Part shown: one piece after another, positions 28,435-39,713 of the stretch
How the letters are laid out: each line of letters starts with the position of its first letter
How positions within the stretch are numbered: the first letter of the stretch is position 1
Source: Gammaproteobacteria bacterium
GTDB lineage: Bacteria > Pseudomonadota > Gammaproteobacteria > Nitrosococcales > Methylophagaceae
NCBI GenBank assembly: GCA_029882915.1
Contig: JAOUJZ010000006.1
Coordinates: 2,115-66,114, forward strand
Length of the DNA stretch: 64,000 nt
Reading direction: 5' to 3'
Position numbers and translations under genes: made by a program
Notes under the pieces: model-generated
The model's database searches: none
Told to the model about the DNA's origin: nothing
Seen by the model: the letters and a program-made list of their open reading frames with translations, nothing else

Positions 28435-29408
28435 AATGATTTTCCGTAGAGTTCACGAATAACTTCGGCCAGTTGAATCACTGCCATTGCATACATTCTG
28501 CTGTGATTGTACCGTGTAATACTATAAAAATTCTGTCTTGCTAGCCAATATTCTTCACCATTTTCCTGCGTTAATTCAATCAATGCTAATGGGTATATCC
28601 CTTCAGGAAGGTTTTCGACATCAATACCTGCAGAGATTAGCTCTTGTCTGCTAATAGATGGTTTCATACCTTTAGCTATCAATGTCACTGCTGGTCCAAC
28701 AATACTGGTTTTATGAACAATGCTTTCGCCCGCCACCCAACCATGTCGTTTCAAGTAGTTCGCGATACTACCAATTGCATCAGCTGGATTGGTCCAAATA
28801 TCACGCTTGCCATCCTGGTCAAAATCAACAGCATAGGATCTGTAACTACTTGGCATAAATTGACCAAGTCCCATAGCGCCGGCATAGGAACCTATCGGAT
28901 CCAGAACAGATATCTGTTCTTCACGAGTCAGTAATAAAAAATGCTCTAACTCAGAACGGAAAAATGGACTTCTAGGTGGATATCGAAATGCCAGTGTGGA
29001 TAATGCATCGAGTACACGATATCTGCCAACATTATCACCATAACGAGTTTCCACGCCTAATATCGCAATGATAATTTCGGCAGGAACCCCATACTGTTGC
29101 TCAGCTTTATCCAATGTTTCCGCATGTTGTTGCCAGAATTTCACACCGCCATTTATTCGTTTTTCTGTAATAAAGATTTTGCGGTAGTCATACCATGGCT
29201 TACTTTTTTCCGCAGGTCGCGCGATAGCCTCAAGAATCGACTCTTTTACTTTCACTTTAGCAAATACTTCTGTGAGCTTATTATTGTCAAAACCATGCTT
29301 TTGGTGCATTTGATCGATAAAGATCGGCAGCTCAGGTAGCTCGGGGTTTGCATATGCAGTATCGACTGTTACCAATATCAAGGCTGTAATTATCAATAGC
29401 GATTTCAC
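28431..29408 (-). CDS. mltB: lytic murein transglycosylase B
   Basis: Signal peptide plus AILGVETRYG and GAMGLGQFMPSS blocks. Confidence 0.85.
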   Translation of the reverse strand: MKSLLIITALILVTVDTAYANPELPELPIFIDQMHQKHGFDNNKLTEVFAKVKVKESILEAIARPAEKSKPWYDYRKIFITEKRINGGVKFWQQHAETLDKAEQQYGVPAEIIIAILGVETRYGDNVGRYRVLDALSTLAFRYPPRSPFFRSELEHFLLLTREEQISVLDPIGSYAGAMGLGQFMPSSYRSYAVDFDQDGKRDIWTNPADAIGSIANYLKRHGWVAGESIVHKTSIVGPAVTLIAKGMKPSISRQELISAGIDVENLPEGIYPLALIELTQENGEEYWLARQNFYSITRYNHSRMYAMAVIQLAEVIRELYGKSL

Positions 29409-30550
29409 GGAGACATCATCCTTCGGTGAGTATGAATGGACATCAGGATACCGAAGCCAGCTAATAAGGTCACCATTGATGTACCACCATAACTGACTAA
29501 CGGTAATGGTACACCTACTACAGGTAATAACCCCGTCACCATCCCGACATTAACAAAGACATAGACCAGAAAAGTCATTGAAATACTCCCAGCCAATAAA
29601 CGTGCAAAACTACTTTGTGCCTGGCTCGCTATATATAATCCTCTTCCCGCTATTAGCAAATAAAGCAGTAAGATCAGCCCAACCCCAAGTAAACCAAATT
29701 CCTCAGCAATAACTGCAAAAATAAAATCGGTTGAACGCTCTGGCAAAAATGCCAATTGTGACTGAGTACCTTCTAGCCAACCTCGCCCGAATAATCCACC
29801 TGAACCAATCGCTATTTTTGATTGAATGATGTGATATCCCGATCCTAAAGGGTCCTTTTCAGGATTTAGAAATGTCAACACACGTTGGCGTTGGTAATCA
29901 TGCATGACATACCATAATACAGGTAATGCAGCGGTGCTTGCAGTAAGAAAACCAATAATAAGACGCCAGGAAATACCCGATAAAAATACAACCAGCAGTC
30001 CTGAACTTGCTATTAATAAAGCCGTTCCCAAATCTGGCTGTCTGGCAATTAAGAATGATGGCACAATTATCATCACCAGTCCTACAAATAACCGTGACAA
30101 TGTCGGTGGTAAGGGTCTTTCTGCCAAATACGTTGCCACCAATAACGGCACTGCCAACTTCATTAGTTCTGAAGGTTGAAATCGAAAAAGTCCCAAATCT
30201 AACCAGCGTTGAGCACCTTTTCCTTCATGTCCAAATACCAGTACCGCCACCAACAATATCAAGCCAGTAGCATATAACCAATATGCAGAATCACGCATTC
30301 TATCTGGGTGAACATTTGATATCACAAGTAACACAACAAAAGCCGCACTCATACGTATCAGCTGTCTGAACAAAAGATCTATATCCTGATCACCCGCGCT
30401 AAATAAAATCATCAGACCCGCACTCAATAGTGTAAACAATCCTAACAACAATAAAGCATCAAGATGCAGCTTGCTCAATGCCTTCGTCATACTCCATCGC
30501 TGGGGATTCTGGTAATCAGTGATTAAACTGCTCATTTGAAGTGCTTCCAA
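29405..30550 (-). CDS. mrdB: peptidoglycan glycosyltransferase RodA (SEDS family)
   Basis: The SEDS block FLPERSTDFIFAVIAEEFG is present and the gene lies downstream of PBP2. An alternative ATG is at 30535. Confidence 0.92.
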   Translation of the reverse strand: MEALQMSSLITDYQNPQRWSMTKALSKLHLDALLLLGLFTLLSAGLMILFSAGDQDIDLLFRQLIRMSAAFVVLLVISNVHPDRMRDSAYWLYATGLILLVAVLVFGHEGKGAQRWLDLGLFRFQPSELMKLAVPLLVATYLAERPLPPTLSRLFVGLVMIIVPSFLIARQPDLGTALLIASSGLLVVFLSGISWRLIIGFLTASTAALPVLWYVMHDYQRQRVLTFLNPEKDPLGSGYHIIQSKIAIGSGGLFGRGWLEGTQSQLAFLPERSTDFIFAVIAEEFGLLGVGLILLLYLLIAGRGLYIASQAQSSFARLLAGSISMTFLVYVFVNVGMVTGLLPVVGVPLPLVSYGGTSMVTLLAGFGILMSIHTHRRMMSP

Positions 30551-30598
30551 AGATTTTTTTTACTATCAACAGAGAGAAGGCATGTATTCATAATGGAC

Positions 30599-32440
30599 TT
30601 AGCGGTTTTTAAAATATTGTTTGATCATTTTATGTGCTATTGGTGCAGCTGTTTTACTTCCGCTACCACCATTTTCTACCACCACAGCAACGACAAATTC
30701 AGGGTCATCCGCTGGGGCAAAAGCAATAAATAAAGCATGATCATGTAATTTTTTTGATAATGTGTCAGCATCGTATTCTTCATCCTGTTTAATACCAAAT
30801 ACCTGTGCTGTTCCTGTCTTACCAGCGACCTTAAATGATAAGCCTTCACTTACGTGTCGTGCTGTCCCACGTTCTCCATGAACAACTTCCACCATTGAAT
30901 CGATCACGGTTTCCCAATGCATTCTATTAACCATTGGTAAAGCTTCTGCCTTTTTCTTGGTGATAAGTTGAAGTTCACTTTGACCTGATCTCCTGCTTGC
31001 TCGTGCAACTTGCGGACTAATGTTCAATCCACGCATCGCTAAAACTGCTGTGGCATGGGCAAGTTGAATCGGTGTCGTTTGATTAAATCCCTGTCCAATA
31101 CCTGAAATCAATGTCTCTCCCGGATACCATGCTTGATTACGAGCATTACGCTTCCATTCTCTTGATGGTGATAGTCCCATGCCTTCACTCGGAATATCTA
31201 TATCAGTACGATGACCGAAACCAAACAAGTCCAAAAAATTATGCATACGATCTATACCCAATGCATGTGACAGCTCGTAAAAATATACATCACATGACTG
31301 CGACACTGCTTTTTTCAAATCAACAGGACCATGACCATGTGACTTCCAGCATCGGTAGCGATGCTCCTGTCCAGGCAAAGTAAACCAACCCGGACATGTA
31401 CTTTGAGAATGTTCATTAATCACTCCCTGCTCCAATCCTGCTAGAGCCACAAATGGTTTTAAGGTAGAGCCTGGAGGATAATGACCTCGAGCGGCACGAT
31501 CATACAGGGGTCTATTTGGTGAGTCTCTTAAAAGCGCATACTCTTTACTACTGATACCTGATACAAATGAATTGGCGTCAAAGTCAGGCTTACTAACCAT
31601 TGCCAAAACGCCACCTGTTTTAGGTTCGAGCGCCACCACGGCACCATTAAATGTACCTAATTCTTTTGCTGCAACACGTTGCAAATTAATGTCCATATGC
31701 AAGAAAAGCTCATCACCAGAAACAGGTACCGTCCGATGTAATTCACGTACTACACGACCCTGAACATTCGTCTCAACCTGCTGGTACCCGACTGTCCCAT
31801 GCAACAACGTTTCATAGCGTTTTTCGATACCTGTTTTACCGATATGCAATGTGCCTTTGTAATTTTTCTCATCAATTGTTTTTTGATCGCGCTCATTGAT
31901 TCGGCCTACATAGCCAACTGTATGAGAAAATAACGCGCCTTGTGGATAATGTCGTATCAATCTACCAATCACATCTATGCCAGGAAAACGATGTCGATTG
32001 ACCGAAAATATAGCGACTTCCTGTTCTGTCAAACGCTGTCTTACAACCACCTGTCGAAAGCGACGCTCTTGGTTAATCTGTTGTTTGAGATCAGATATTT
32101 CAGCGTCAGTCATAGCAAATAAACTTGCTAGTTCCTGTAAGCTTTTGTCTATATTAGGTACATTTTCTGGTATTAATTCCAGACTGAAAGTAGGAATATT
32201 TTCAGCCAGTACCACACCATTACGGTCATAAATAAGGCCTCTTTGGGGTGGTAACGCCTCAATGTCTACTCGGTTTTTATTCGATAAAGAGTCAAAATGT
32301 TCGTATTCAAGAATTTGTAATACAGCAAGCCTAACCATCACAACGATAAAAAGTAATCCGACAAAAATCGCAGAGAAAATCAATCGATCATTGATTAAGC
32401 GACTTTCACGAAAATGGTCTTTCAGTGCAAATCGAGACAT
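30599..32440 (-). CDS. mrdA: penicillin-binding protein 2 (elongasome transpeptidase)
   Basis: Motifs STLKP (SxxK) and KTGTAQ. 613 aa. Lies between mreD and rodA. Confidence 0.92.
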   Translation of the reverse strand: MSRFALKDHFRESRLINDRLIFSAIFVGLLFIVVMVRLAVLQILEYEHFDSLSNKNRVDIEALPPQRGLIYDRNGVVLAENIPTFSLELIPENVPNIDKSLQELASLFAMTDAEISDLKQQINQERRFRQVVVRQRLTEQEVAIFSVNRHRFPGIDVIGRLIRHYPQGALFSHTVGYVGRINERDQKTIDEKNYKGTLHIGKTGIEKRYETLLHGTVGYQQVETNVQGRVVRELHRTVPVSGDELFLHMDINLQRVAAKELGTFNGAVVALEPKTGGVLAMVSKPDFDANSFVSGISSKEYALLRDSPNRPLYDRAARGHYPPGSTLKPFVALAGLEQGVINEHSQSTCPGWFTLPGQEHRYRCWKSHGHGPVDLKKAVSQSCDVYFYELSHALGIDRMHNFLDLFGFGHRTDIDIPSEGMGLSPSREWKRNARNQAWYPGETLISGIGQGFNQTTPIQLAHATAVLAMRGLNISPQVARASRRSGQSELQLITKKKAEALPMVNRMHWETVIDSMVEVVHGERGTARHVSEGLSFKVAGKTGTAQVFGIKQDEEYDADTLSKKLHDHALFIAFAPADDPEFVVAVVVENGGSGSKTAAPIAHKMIKQYFKNR

Positions 32441-32447
32441 GTATGTT

Positions 32448-32927
32448 TCAACTTACTTTTAAAGTACGTCTGAGCTTACGCAATGTTCCATATACAAATG
32501 GCCACATTATCGTACTGGTCACAGCTGGCAACCAGACATGCCAGCTCGCAGTTCTTGGCGATATTAATACGGCAATAATATGGACTAATAATACCAATGA
32601 CATAATACTTAAAGCTTGTTGCCACAAAGGATATTGACGCAACTGAAGATGAAACCCCAACACCAGATAAATGACTAAAGCGTAAGCAAAGGCTAGCACA
32701 CCTAAGGTGCCTCCCATCATCACATCTATCAATAACCCTACTACCCAGGCAAAACCGACACCTACACGATTGGGTAGTGCCATTGCCCAGTAAATCAAAA
32801 CCATGATAACCCACTCAGGTCTCACAAATCGTAAGGTTTCTGGTAATGGCAATAACATTAGCAACATCGCAAACAATACTGAGAATACGATGATTACTCC
32901 ACCTTGTGGCGTTTTATAGGTTGCCAT
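32448..32927 (-). CDS. mreD: rod shape-determining protein MreD
   Basis: 159 aa, polytopic, immediately after mreC with a 1-nt stop/start overlap. Confidence 0.85.
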   Translation of the reverse strand: MATYKTPQGGVIIVFSVLFAMLLMLLPLPETLRFVRPEWVIMVLIYWAMALPNRVGVGFAWVVGLLIDVMMGGTLGVLAFAYALVIYLVLGFHLQLRQYPLWQQALSIMSLVLLVHIIAVLISPRTASWHVWLPAVTSTIMWPFVYGTLRKLRRTLKVS

Positions 32928-33793
32928 TACTGATTCTCCTCTGAGAACGTTGACTCATTTTTCGTATCAAGTCTTCTCTCTGGCAATACCAACAATACTT
33001 CTCTACTTGTAGCCAGATGGGCTGCTGGTTTTACAGCAATCTCAGCAAATGATTTACCTTTAGGATAATTAATAGAAACGACGGTGCCTACTGGATAGCC
33101 AATAGGAAATCGCCCTCCTAATCCTGACGTCACAAGTAAGTCACCTACACGCACATCAGCATTATGTGGCAAGTGTTCTAATTGCAAATCATTTCCCAAA
33201 CCACGCCCTGTTGCTACTGCTCGTAAACCATTACGGTTAATCTGCACTGGGATACCATGACTAGGATCGGTCAACAAGACGACGCGACTAGAAAATTTAG
33301 ACACCTCTGTGACCTGTCCCATTACACCGGTTTCATCTAGCACTGACTGGCCTACAAAAACACCATAACGTTTACCCTTATTAATCACTACCTGCTGAGA
33401 AAATGGATCCAGATCGATAGTTAATAACTCCGCGACTAACACTCGCTCACGCAGGCGAAACGAAGAGCCTAGAAGTTCACGTAGTCGCATATTCTCGCGT
33501 TCTAATGCCTCTAATTTTTGCAGACGAACACTATTTAACAGTTTCCCCGCTTCTAATATCGTGTTTTTTTCTCTTAACTGTTTGCGATCTTTAAAAAAAT
33601 CATGAATCCAATAACTGGCATCGCTTGGTAACGATGCAATGGTTTGAATTGGATAAACGATGGTCGACAAAACACTACGAACAGGCGAGAAGTAATTCAA
33701 GCGTGAATCAAGGAAAAACAAAATCAGTGATGCCACCAGAGCCAGTAGCAATCGGGTGTTTAATGATGGGTAATGGGTAAATAAAGGTTTGAT
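32927..33793 (-). CDS. mreC: rod shape-determining protein MreC (start probably at a non-canonical ATC at 33793; the listed ORF starts at TTG 33751)
   Basis: The coiled-coil and beta-barrel blocks LVTSGLGGRFPIGYPVG are present. The 14 in-frame codons upstream of the TTG read IKPLFTHYPSLNTR, matching the conserved MreC N-terminus MKPIF..GPSL..R. Confidence 0.88.
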   Translation of the reverse strand: MKPLFTHYPSLNTRLLLALVASLILFFLDSRLNYFSPVRSVLSTIVYPIQTIASLPSDASYWIHDFFKDRKQLREKNTILEAGKLLNSVRLQKLEALERENMRLRELLGSSFRLRERVLVAELLTIDLDPFSQQVVINKGKRYGVFVGQSVLDETGVMGQVTEVSKFSSRVVLLTDPSHGIPVQINRNGLRAVATGRGLGNDLQLEHLPHNADVRVGDLLVTSGLGGRFPIGYPVGTVVSINYPKGKSFAEIAVKPAAHLATSREVLLVLPERRLDTKNESTFSEENQ

Positions 33794-33869
33794 AGTCTAT
33801 CAGCCTAAAGCTAGAAACCTTTGCAGCTTACATAAAAAGCTGCAAAAGTTATGTTGCTATACAAGCAAA

Positions 33870-35321
<1,452 letters not shown>

Positions 35322-35345
35322 CACATCGAAATTACAGGCTCACAC

Positions 35346-36800
35346 ATGCACAATAAATCTCTTTCTGAACTATCTGCTTCATTACACAATGGTGAATTTA
35401 GCAGTGTTGAGTTAACCCAACACTATCTTGACCGTATTAACGCACATAATGAGACTCTTAATGCATTCATCACAGTGACTGATGACAGTGCGTTAAAACA
35501 AGCACACGTTGCCGATCAATTATTACAACAAAATAAGGCTGGAAAATTAGCCGGCATTCCATTAGCCCATAAAGATATTTTTTGTACTCAGGGTGTTCGT
35601 ACCAGTTGTGCTTCAAAAATGTTAGACAACTTTATTGCACCATACAACGCAACCGTTGTAGAAAAAATCAATGCTGCGGGCATGGTGACATTGGGTAAAA
35701 CTAATATGGATGAATTTGCCATGGGCTCATCCAATGAAACCAGCTTTTATGGCGAAGTAAAAAACCCTTGGGATACTAATCGTGTTCCTGGCGGTTCATC
35801 GGGCGGTTCTGCTGCAGCTGTTGCGGCAAGACTTGCACCGATTGCAACAGGTACTGATACTGGTGGCTCTATTCGTCAGCCCGCTTCTCTATGCAACTTG
35901 ACTGGTCTAAAACCAACTTATGGTCGTATCTCACGTTATGGCATGATTGCTTTTGCATCAAGCCTTGATCAGGCAGGCCCAATGGCTAACAGCGCAGAAG
36001 ATGCGGCTATGTTACTTAATGAAATGGCAGGCTTTGATGACCGTGACTCAACCAGCGTCGAACGTGACGTTCCTGACTACACGGAGACATTAAATGATTC
36101 ATTGGATGGCCTGAAAATTGGTTTGCCAAAAGAATATTTTGGTGAAGGTCTCGATCCTGATGTGGCAGCAACGATTGAAGCCGCGGTCAAAATGTATGAA
36201 TCGCTGGGCGCAACCATTAAGGAAATATCTCTGCCTAATACTGGGCTGGCGGTACCTACTTATTATGTCGTTGCCCCAGCCGAGTGCTCATCTAATCTTT
36301 CTCGTATGGATGGTGTTCGTTTCGGACATCGTTGTGACGATCCTAAAGATTTATTAGACCTTTACCAGCGTTCACGTGGTGAAGGTTTTGGCGAAGAAGT
36401 AAAACGTCGCATCATGACTGGTACCTACGCTCTTTCTGCTGGTTATTATGATGCTTATTACTTGAAAGCACAGCAATGCCGTCGTTTAATCAGCGATGAT
36501 TTCCAACAGGCATTCAACGATGTGGACGTCATCATGGGACCAACAGCACCGACAACGGCATTTAATCTGGGGGATAAAACCGATGATCCTGTCGCCATGT
36601 ACTTAGCTGATATTTATACTATTAGTACAAATCTAGCAGGATTACCGGGTATGTCCATTCCAGCCGGTTTTGTTGATGGACTGCCTGTAGGATTGCAAAT
36701 TATTGGTAATTATTTTGATGAAGCGCGTTTACTAAATATCGCTCACCGTTACCAACAAGCGACTGATTGGCACCAACAAACACCTGCTGGCTTTAAATAA
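35346..36800 (+). CDS. gatA: Asp/Glu-tRNA amidotransferase subunit A
   Basis: Amidase signature [12 protein letters not shown]. 484 aa. Confidence 0.95.
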   Translation: MHNKSLSELSASLHNGEFSSVELTQHYLDRINAHNETLNAFITVTDDSALKQAHVADQLLQQNKAGKLAGIPLAHKDIFCTQGVRTSCASKMLDNFIAPYNATVVEKINAAGMVTLGKTNMDEFAMGSSNETSFYGEVKNPWDTNRVPGGSSGGSAAAVAARLAPIATGTDTGGSIRQPASLCNLTGLKPTYGRISRYGMIAFASSLDQAGPMANSAEDAAMLLNEMAGFDDRDSTSVERDVPDYTETLNDSLDGLKIGLPKEYFGEGLDPDVAATIEAAVKMYESLGATIKEISLPNTGLAVPTYYVVAPAECSSNLSRMDGVRFGHRCDDPKDLLDLYQRSRGEGFGEEVKRRIMTGTYALSAGYYDAYYLKAQQCRRLISDDFQQAFNDVDVIMGPTAPTTAFNLGDKTDDPVAMYLADIYTISTNLAGLPGMSIPAGFVDGLPVGLQIIGNYFDEARLLNIAHRYQQATDWHQQTPAGFK

Positions 36801-36865
36801 CAGTGGAATCATAGCGATACTCAAGATAGAGTATCGCTATCCCTGATCAACATTAGGATTTGTTT

Positions 36866-38497
36866 ATGAAGGCCTCGGAATTATTCGTCCGCAGTCTCGA
36901 GAATGAAGGCGTTGAATACATATTTGGCATCCCAGGTGAAGAAAACCTGGATGTTATGGATGCCTTACTTGAATCCAAAATTCAATTCATTACCACTCGC
37001 CATGAACAAGGCGCTGCGTTTATGGCGGATGTCTATGGCCGTCTGACTGGCCGTGCTGGCGTCTGTCTAGCCACATTGGGACCAGGTGCGACTAATCTAA
37101 TTACCGGTGTTGCTGATGCTAATATGGATCATGCACCACTCGTTGCTATAGCTGGGCAAGCATCCACTAATCGCCTGCATAAAGAATCACATCAAGTGCT
37201 GGATCTAGAAGCGATGTTCTTACCGATCACAAAATATGCCACCCGTATTGTAGGCCCAGAAGTGATCCCTGAAATTGTGCGTAAAGCATTTAAAGTAGCG
37301 CAGACTGAAAAAACCGGTGCCTGCTTTATTGAATTTCCAGAAAATATTGCAGAAATGGAAATTGATGAATCACCACTCCGAGTAAAACATGCTCGCCCAC
37401 CAGAGCCTGCCGCAGAACAAATTGAACTCGCGGCTGAACTCATTTCTAATGCTAAAAACCCGATCATTCTTGCAGGTAATGGCGTCGTTCGAGCAAAAGC
37501 GTCACAAGCATTAGCTGATTTTTCGCTACAACTCGGTATTCCTGTTGCTAATACGTTTATGGCTAAGGGGGTAATCCCTTTTCGTCATCCCATGGCATTA
37601 GGGAGTGTTGGTTTACAATCCAATGATTATGCCAACTGTGGTTTTGCTAATGCTGATGTGATTATCTGTATTGGATATGACATGGTGGAATATCACCCTT
37701 ATCTTTGGCATCCGTCACGAGATCGCACCATTATCCATATCGACACCACCCATGCCGAAGTTGATGCTTATTACAGCGTCGTGCTCGGCGTTATCGGCAA
37801 TATTAATCATAGTCTGAACCGTATTGCAGCACTGAGCACAGCCCATCAAGGTAAAACCATGCGTACCTTGCGCGACAGTTTGATAAAGGAAATGAATCAA
37901 CATCGTGAAGATGTGGAGTTTCCAGTCAAACCTCAAAAAATCATCTGGGATCTGCGTACAGCTATGGAACTGGAAGACATTGTAATTTGTGATGTCGGTG
38001 CCCATAAAATGTGGATGTCGCGTATGTTCCGCTGCGAATACCCCAACACATGCATTATATCTAATGGTTTTGCCAGCATGGGTATAGCCGTACCAGGAGC
38101 CATAGCCGCCAAACTGGCACATCCTGAACGTAAAGTGGTTGCCGTCACAGGCGACGCCGGATTTATGATGAACTCACAGGAAATTGAAACTGCAATGCGC
38201 CTTAATATCGCCATTGTCATTCTCGTCTGGAATGATGAAAGCTATGGCTTAATAGAATGGAAGCAACAAAACCAGTTTGGTCGTACCAGTAATGTAAAAT
38301 TCACCAACCCGGATTTTGTCCAGTATGCACAGTCATTTGGTGCCAAAGGCATTCGAATCGAAAAAACAGAACAATTAATGCCAGCATTACGCAACGCATT
38401 AGCCACTGACACTGTCACCTTAATAGACTGTCCTGTCGATTATCGAGAGAACCTTAAATTAACCGAAACTCTGGGACAACTCACCAGCCCAAATTAG
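36866..38497 (+). CDS. thiamine-diphosphate-dependent enzyme, acetolactate synthase (AlsS/IlvB large subunit)-like
   Basis: N-terminal PYR domain GIPGEENLDVMDAL...RHEQGAAFMADVYGR. ThDP motif GDAGFMMNSQEIETA...WND. AGGA RBS 7 nt before the ATG at 36866. No small-subunit or decarboxylase gene is adjacent. Confidence 0.75.
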   Translation: MKASELFVRSLENEGVEYIFGIPGEENLDVMDALLESKIQFITTRHEQGAAFMADVYGRLTGRAGVCLATLGPGATNLITGVADANMDHAPLVAIAGQASTNRLHKESHQVLDLEAMFLPITKYATRIVGPEVIPEIVRKAFKVAQTEKTGACFIEFPENIAEMEIDESPLRVKHARPPEPAAEQIELAAELISNAKNPIILAGNGVVRAKASQALADFSLQLGIPVANTFMAKGVIPFRHPMALGSVGLQSNDYANCGFANADVIICIGYDMVEYHPYLWHPSRDRTIIHIDTTHAEVDAYYSVVLGVIGNINHSLNRIAALSTAHQGKTMRTLRDSLIKEMNQHREDVEFPVKPQKIIWDLRTAMELEDIVICDVGAHKMWMSRMFRCEYPNTCIISNGFASMGIAVPGAIAAKLAHPERKVVAVTGDAGFMMNSQEIETAMRLNIAIVILVWNDESYGLIEWKQQNQFGRTSNVKFTNPDFVQYAQSFGAKGIRIEKTEQLMPALRNALATDTVTLIDCPVDYRENLKLTETLGQLTSPN

Positions 38498-38511
38498 AGA
38501 CTTTTCTATTA

Positions 38512-39018
38512 ATGAACATAGCTAAAAAATATAGTCTGATTGCACTGATCGTATTAGTCGGTTTATTGGCAATCAGATCTCTTAATAATAATCAACAATT
38601 ACTGCCAGATATTACATTCACAGATATTGATGGTGAACAACACTCTTTGATGGACTATAAGGGCAAACCGATATTAATGATCTTCTGGGCAACCGACTGT
38701 CCCGGATGTATTCAGGAAATGCCTGATCTCATCAAATTACATAATGATTTTTCCGGACAGGGACTCACCATGATTGGTGTCGCCATGCCTCACGATTCGT
38801 TAGATCACATCATAAGTATGCGCCAGACACGTGAACTACCCTATATCATTACTTGGGATAAAAATGCCGGTATTTCGCAAGCATTTGATAATATCCGGGT
38901 CACCCCTACCCACTTTTTAATCAATCCAGAAGGTGAAATTGTGATGCGCAAAATAGGATCACTCAATTTAAACCTACTGTATGACAAGCTATATGAAATG
39001 GGGCTTACATCCCTTTAA
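38512..39018 (+). CDS. TlpA/ResA-like periplasmic thiol-disulfide oxidoreductase
   Basis: N-terminal anchor and a thioredoxin fold with WATDCPGC (CxxC). Confidence 0.8.
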   Translation: MNIAKKYSLIALIVLVGLLAIRSLNNNQQLLPDITFTDIDGEQHSLMDYKGKPILMIFWATDCPGCIQEMPDLIKLHNDFSGQGLTMIGVAMPHDSLDHIISMRQTRELPYIITWDKNAGISQAFDNIRVTPTHFLINPEGEIVMRKIGSLNLNLLYDKLYEMGLTSL

Positions 39019-39050
39019 TGACAATTCTTCTACACATCTATTTTAGGGTA

Positions 39051-39059
39051 TGGTATAAA
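39051..39059 (+). promoter_or_regulatory. candidate extended -10 (TGgTATAAA) upstream of rpmB
   Basis: Sequence match only, 80 nt upstream of the rpmB ATG. No strong -35 was seen. Confidence 0.25.
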
Positions 39060-39138
39060 GTCTGGCTTTGTAGCTTTAAGTTGGAATGCACATCGCATTC
39101 CTCGTGATAAAAATGTTCACCAGGAGCAGGTTCTAAAA

Positions 39139-39375
39139 ATGGCCAGAGTATGTCAGGTAACGGGTAAACGTCCTATGAGCGGCAACAATGTTTCTCATGC
39201 CCATAATAAAACAAGACGTCGCTTTCTTCCTAACCTTCACCCACATCGCATTTGGGTTGAATCAGAAAATCGTTGGGTCAAGCTTCGCGTAAGTAACCAT
39301 GGTTTACGCATCATTGATAAAAAAGGCATTGACGCAGTATTGACTGACATCCGTGCTCGCGGCGAAAAAGTCTAG
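39139..39375 (+). CDS. rpmB: 50S ribosomal protein L28
   Basis: [33 protein letters not shown], 78 aa. Confidence 0.97.
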   Translation: MARVCQVTGKRPMSGNNVSHAHNKTRRRFLPNLHPHRIWVESENRWVKLRVSNHGLRIIDKKGIDAVLTDIRARGEKV

Positions 39376-39385
39376 GAGATAGAAC

Positions 39386-39541
39386 ATGCGCGATAAAATT
39401 AAATTAGTGTCATCTGCTGGTACAGGACATTACTACACTACAGATAAAAACAAACGTACCATGCCTGAAAAACTGGAAATGAAAAAGTTTGATCCAGTTG
39501 TTCGCAAACACGTCATGTATAAAGAAGCTAAGATCAAATAA
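39386..39541 (+). CDS. rpmG: 50S ribosomal protein L33
   Basis: Not in the ORF track because it is under 60 aa. My translation is [59 protein letters not shown] is at 39375-39378. Confidence 0.93.
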   Translation: MRDKIKLVSSAGTGHYYTTDKNKRTMPEKLEMKKFDPVVRKHVMYKEAKIK

Positions 39542-39563
39542 GATTTCTTGCGCAATGACTATT

Positions 39564-39589
39564 AAAACCCGCTCCCGGCGGGTTTTTTT
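39564..39589 (+). terminator. Rho-independent terminator of rpmB-rpmG
   Basis: AAAACCCGC-tcccg-GCGGGTTTTTTT: a GC-rich 5-bp core stem extended by A/T pairs, followed by a run of 7 T. Confidence 0.8.
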
Positions 39590-39672
39590 ATATCTTGAGA
39601 TTCGCTATATTTATTAGCAAGCTCCGTATGGTGGACACCAAACTGATAATAATGCACTTCCTATCAACCTAA

Positions 39673-39703
39673 TTGACTATTGAGCGTTCATTTTCTTTAT
39701 AAT
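39673..39703 (+). promoter_or_regulatory. candidate sigma70 promoter (TTGACT, 19-nt spacer, TATAAT) for the ABC-2 operon
   Basis: The hexamers are at 39673-39678 and 39698-39703. The -10 ends only 10 nt before the ATG at 39714. Confidence 0.35.
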
Positions 39704-39713
39704 CAATATCATC

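Noticed and set aside
32476-32814. 112-aa alternative-frame ORF on the same strand inside mreD
   Set aside because: It is Cys/Arg/Gly-rich and out of frame. The mreD frame gives the expected polytopic protein and is coupled to mreC.
37192-38220. Minus-strand ORFs (91, 135 and 95 aa) inside the ThDP-enzyme gene
   Set aside because: Antisense shadow ORFs with no independent support.
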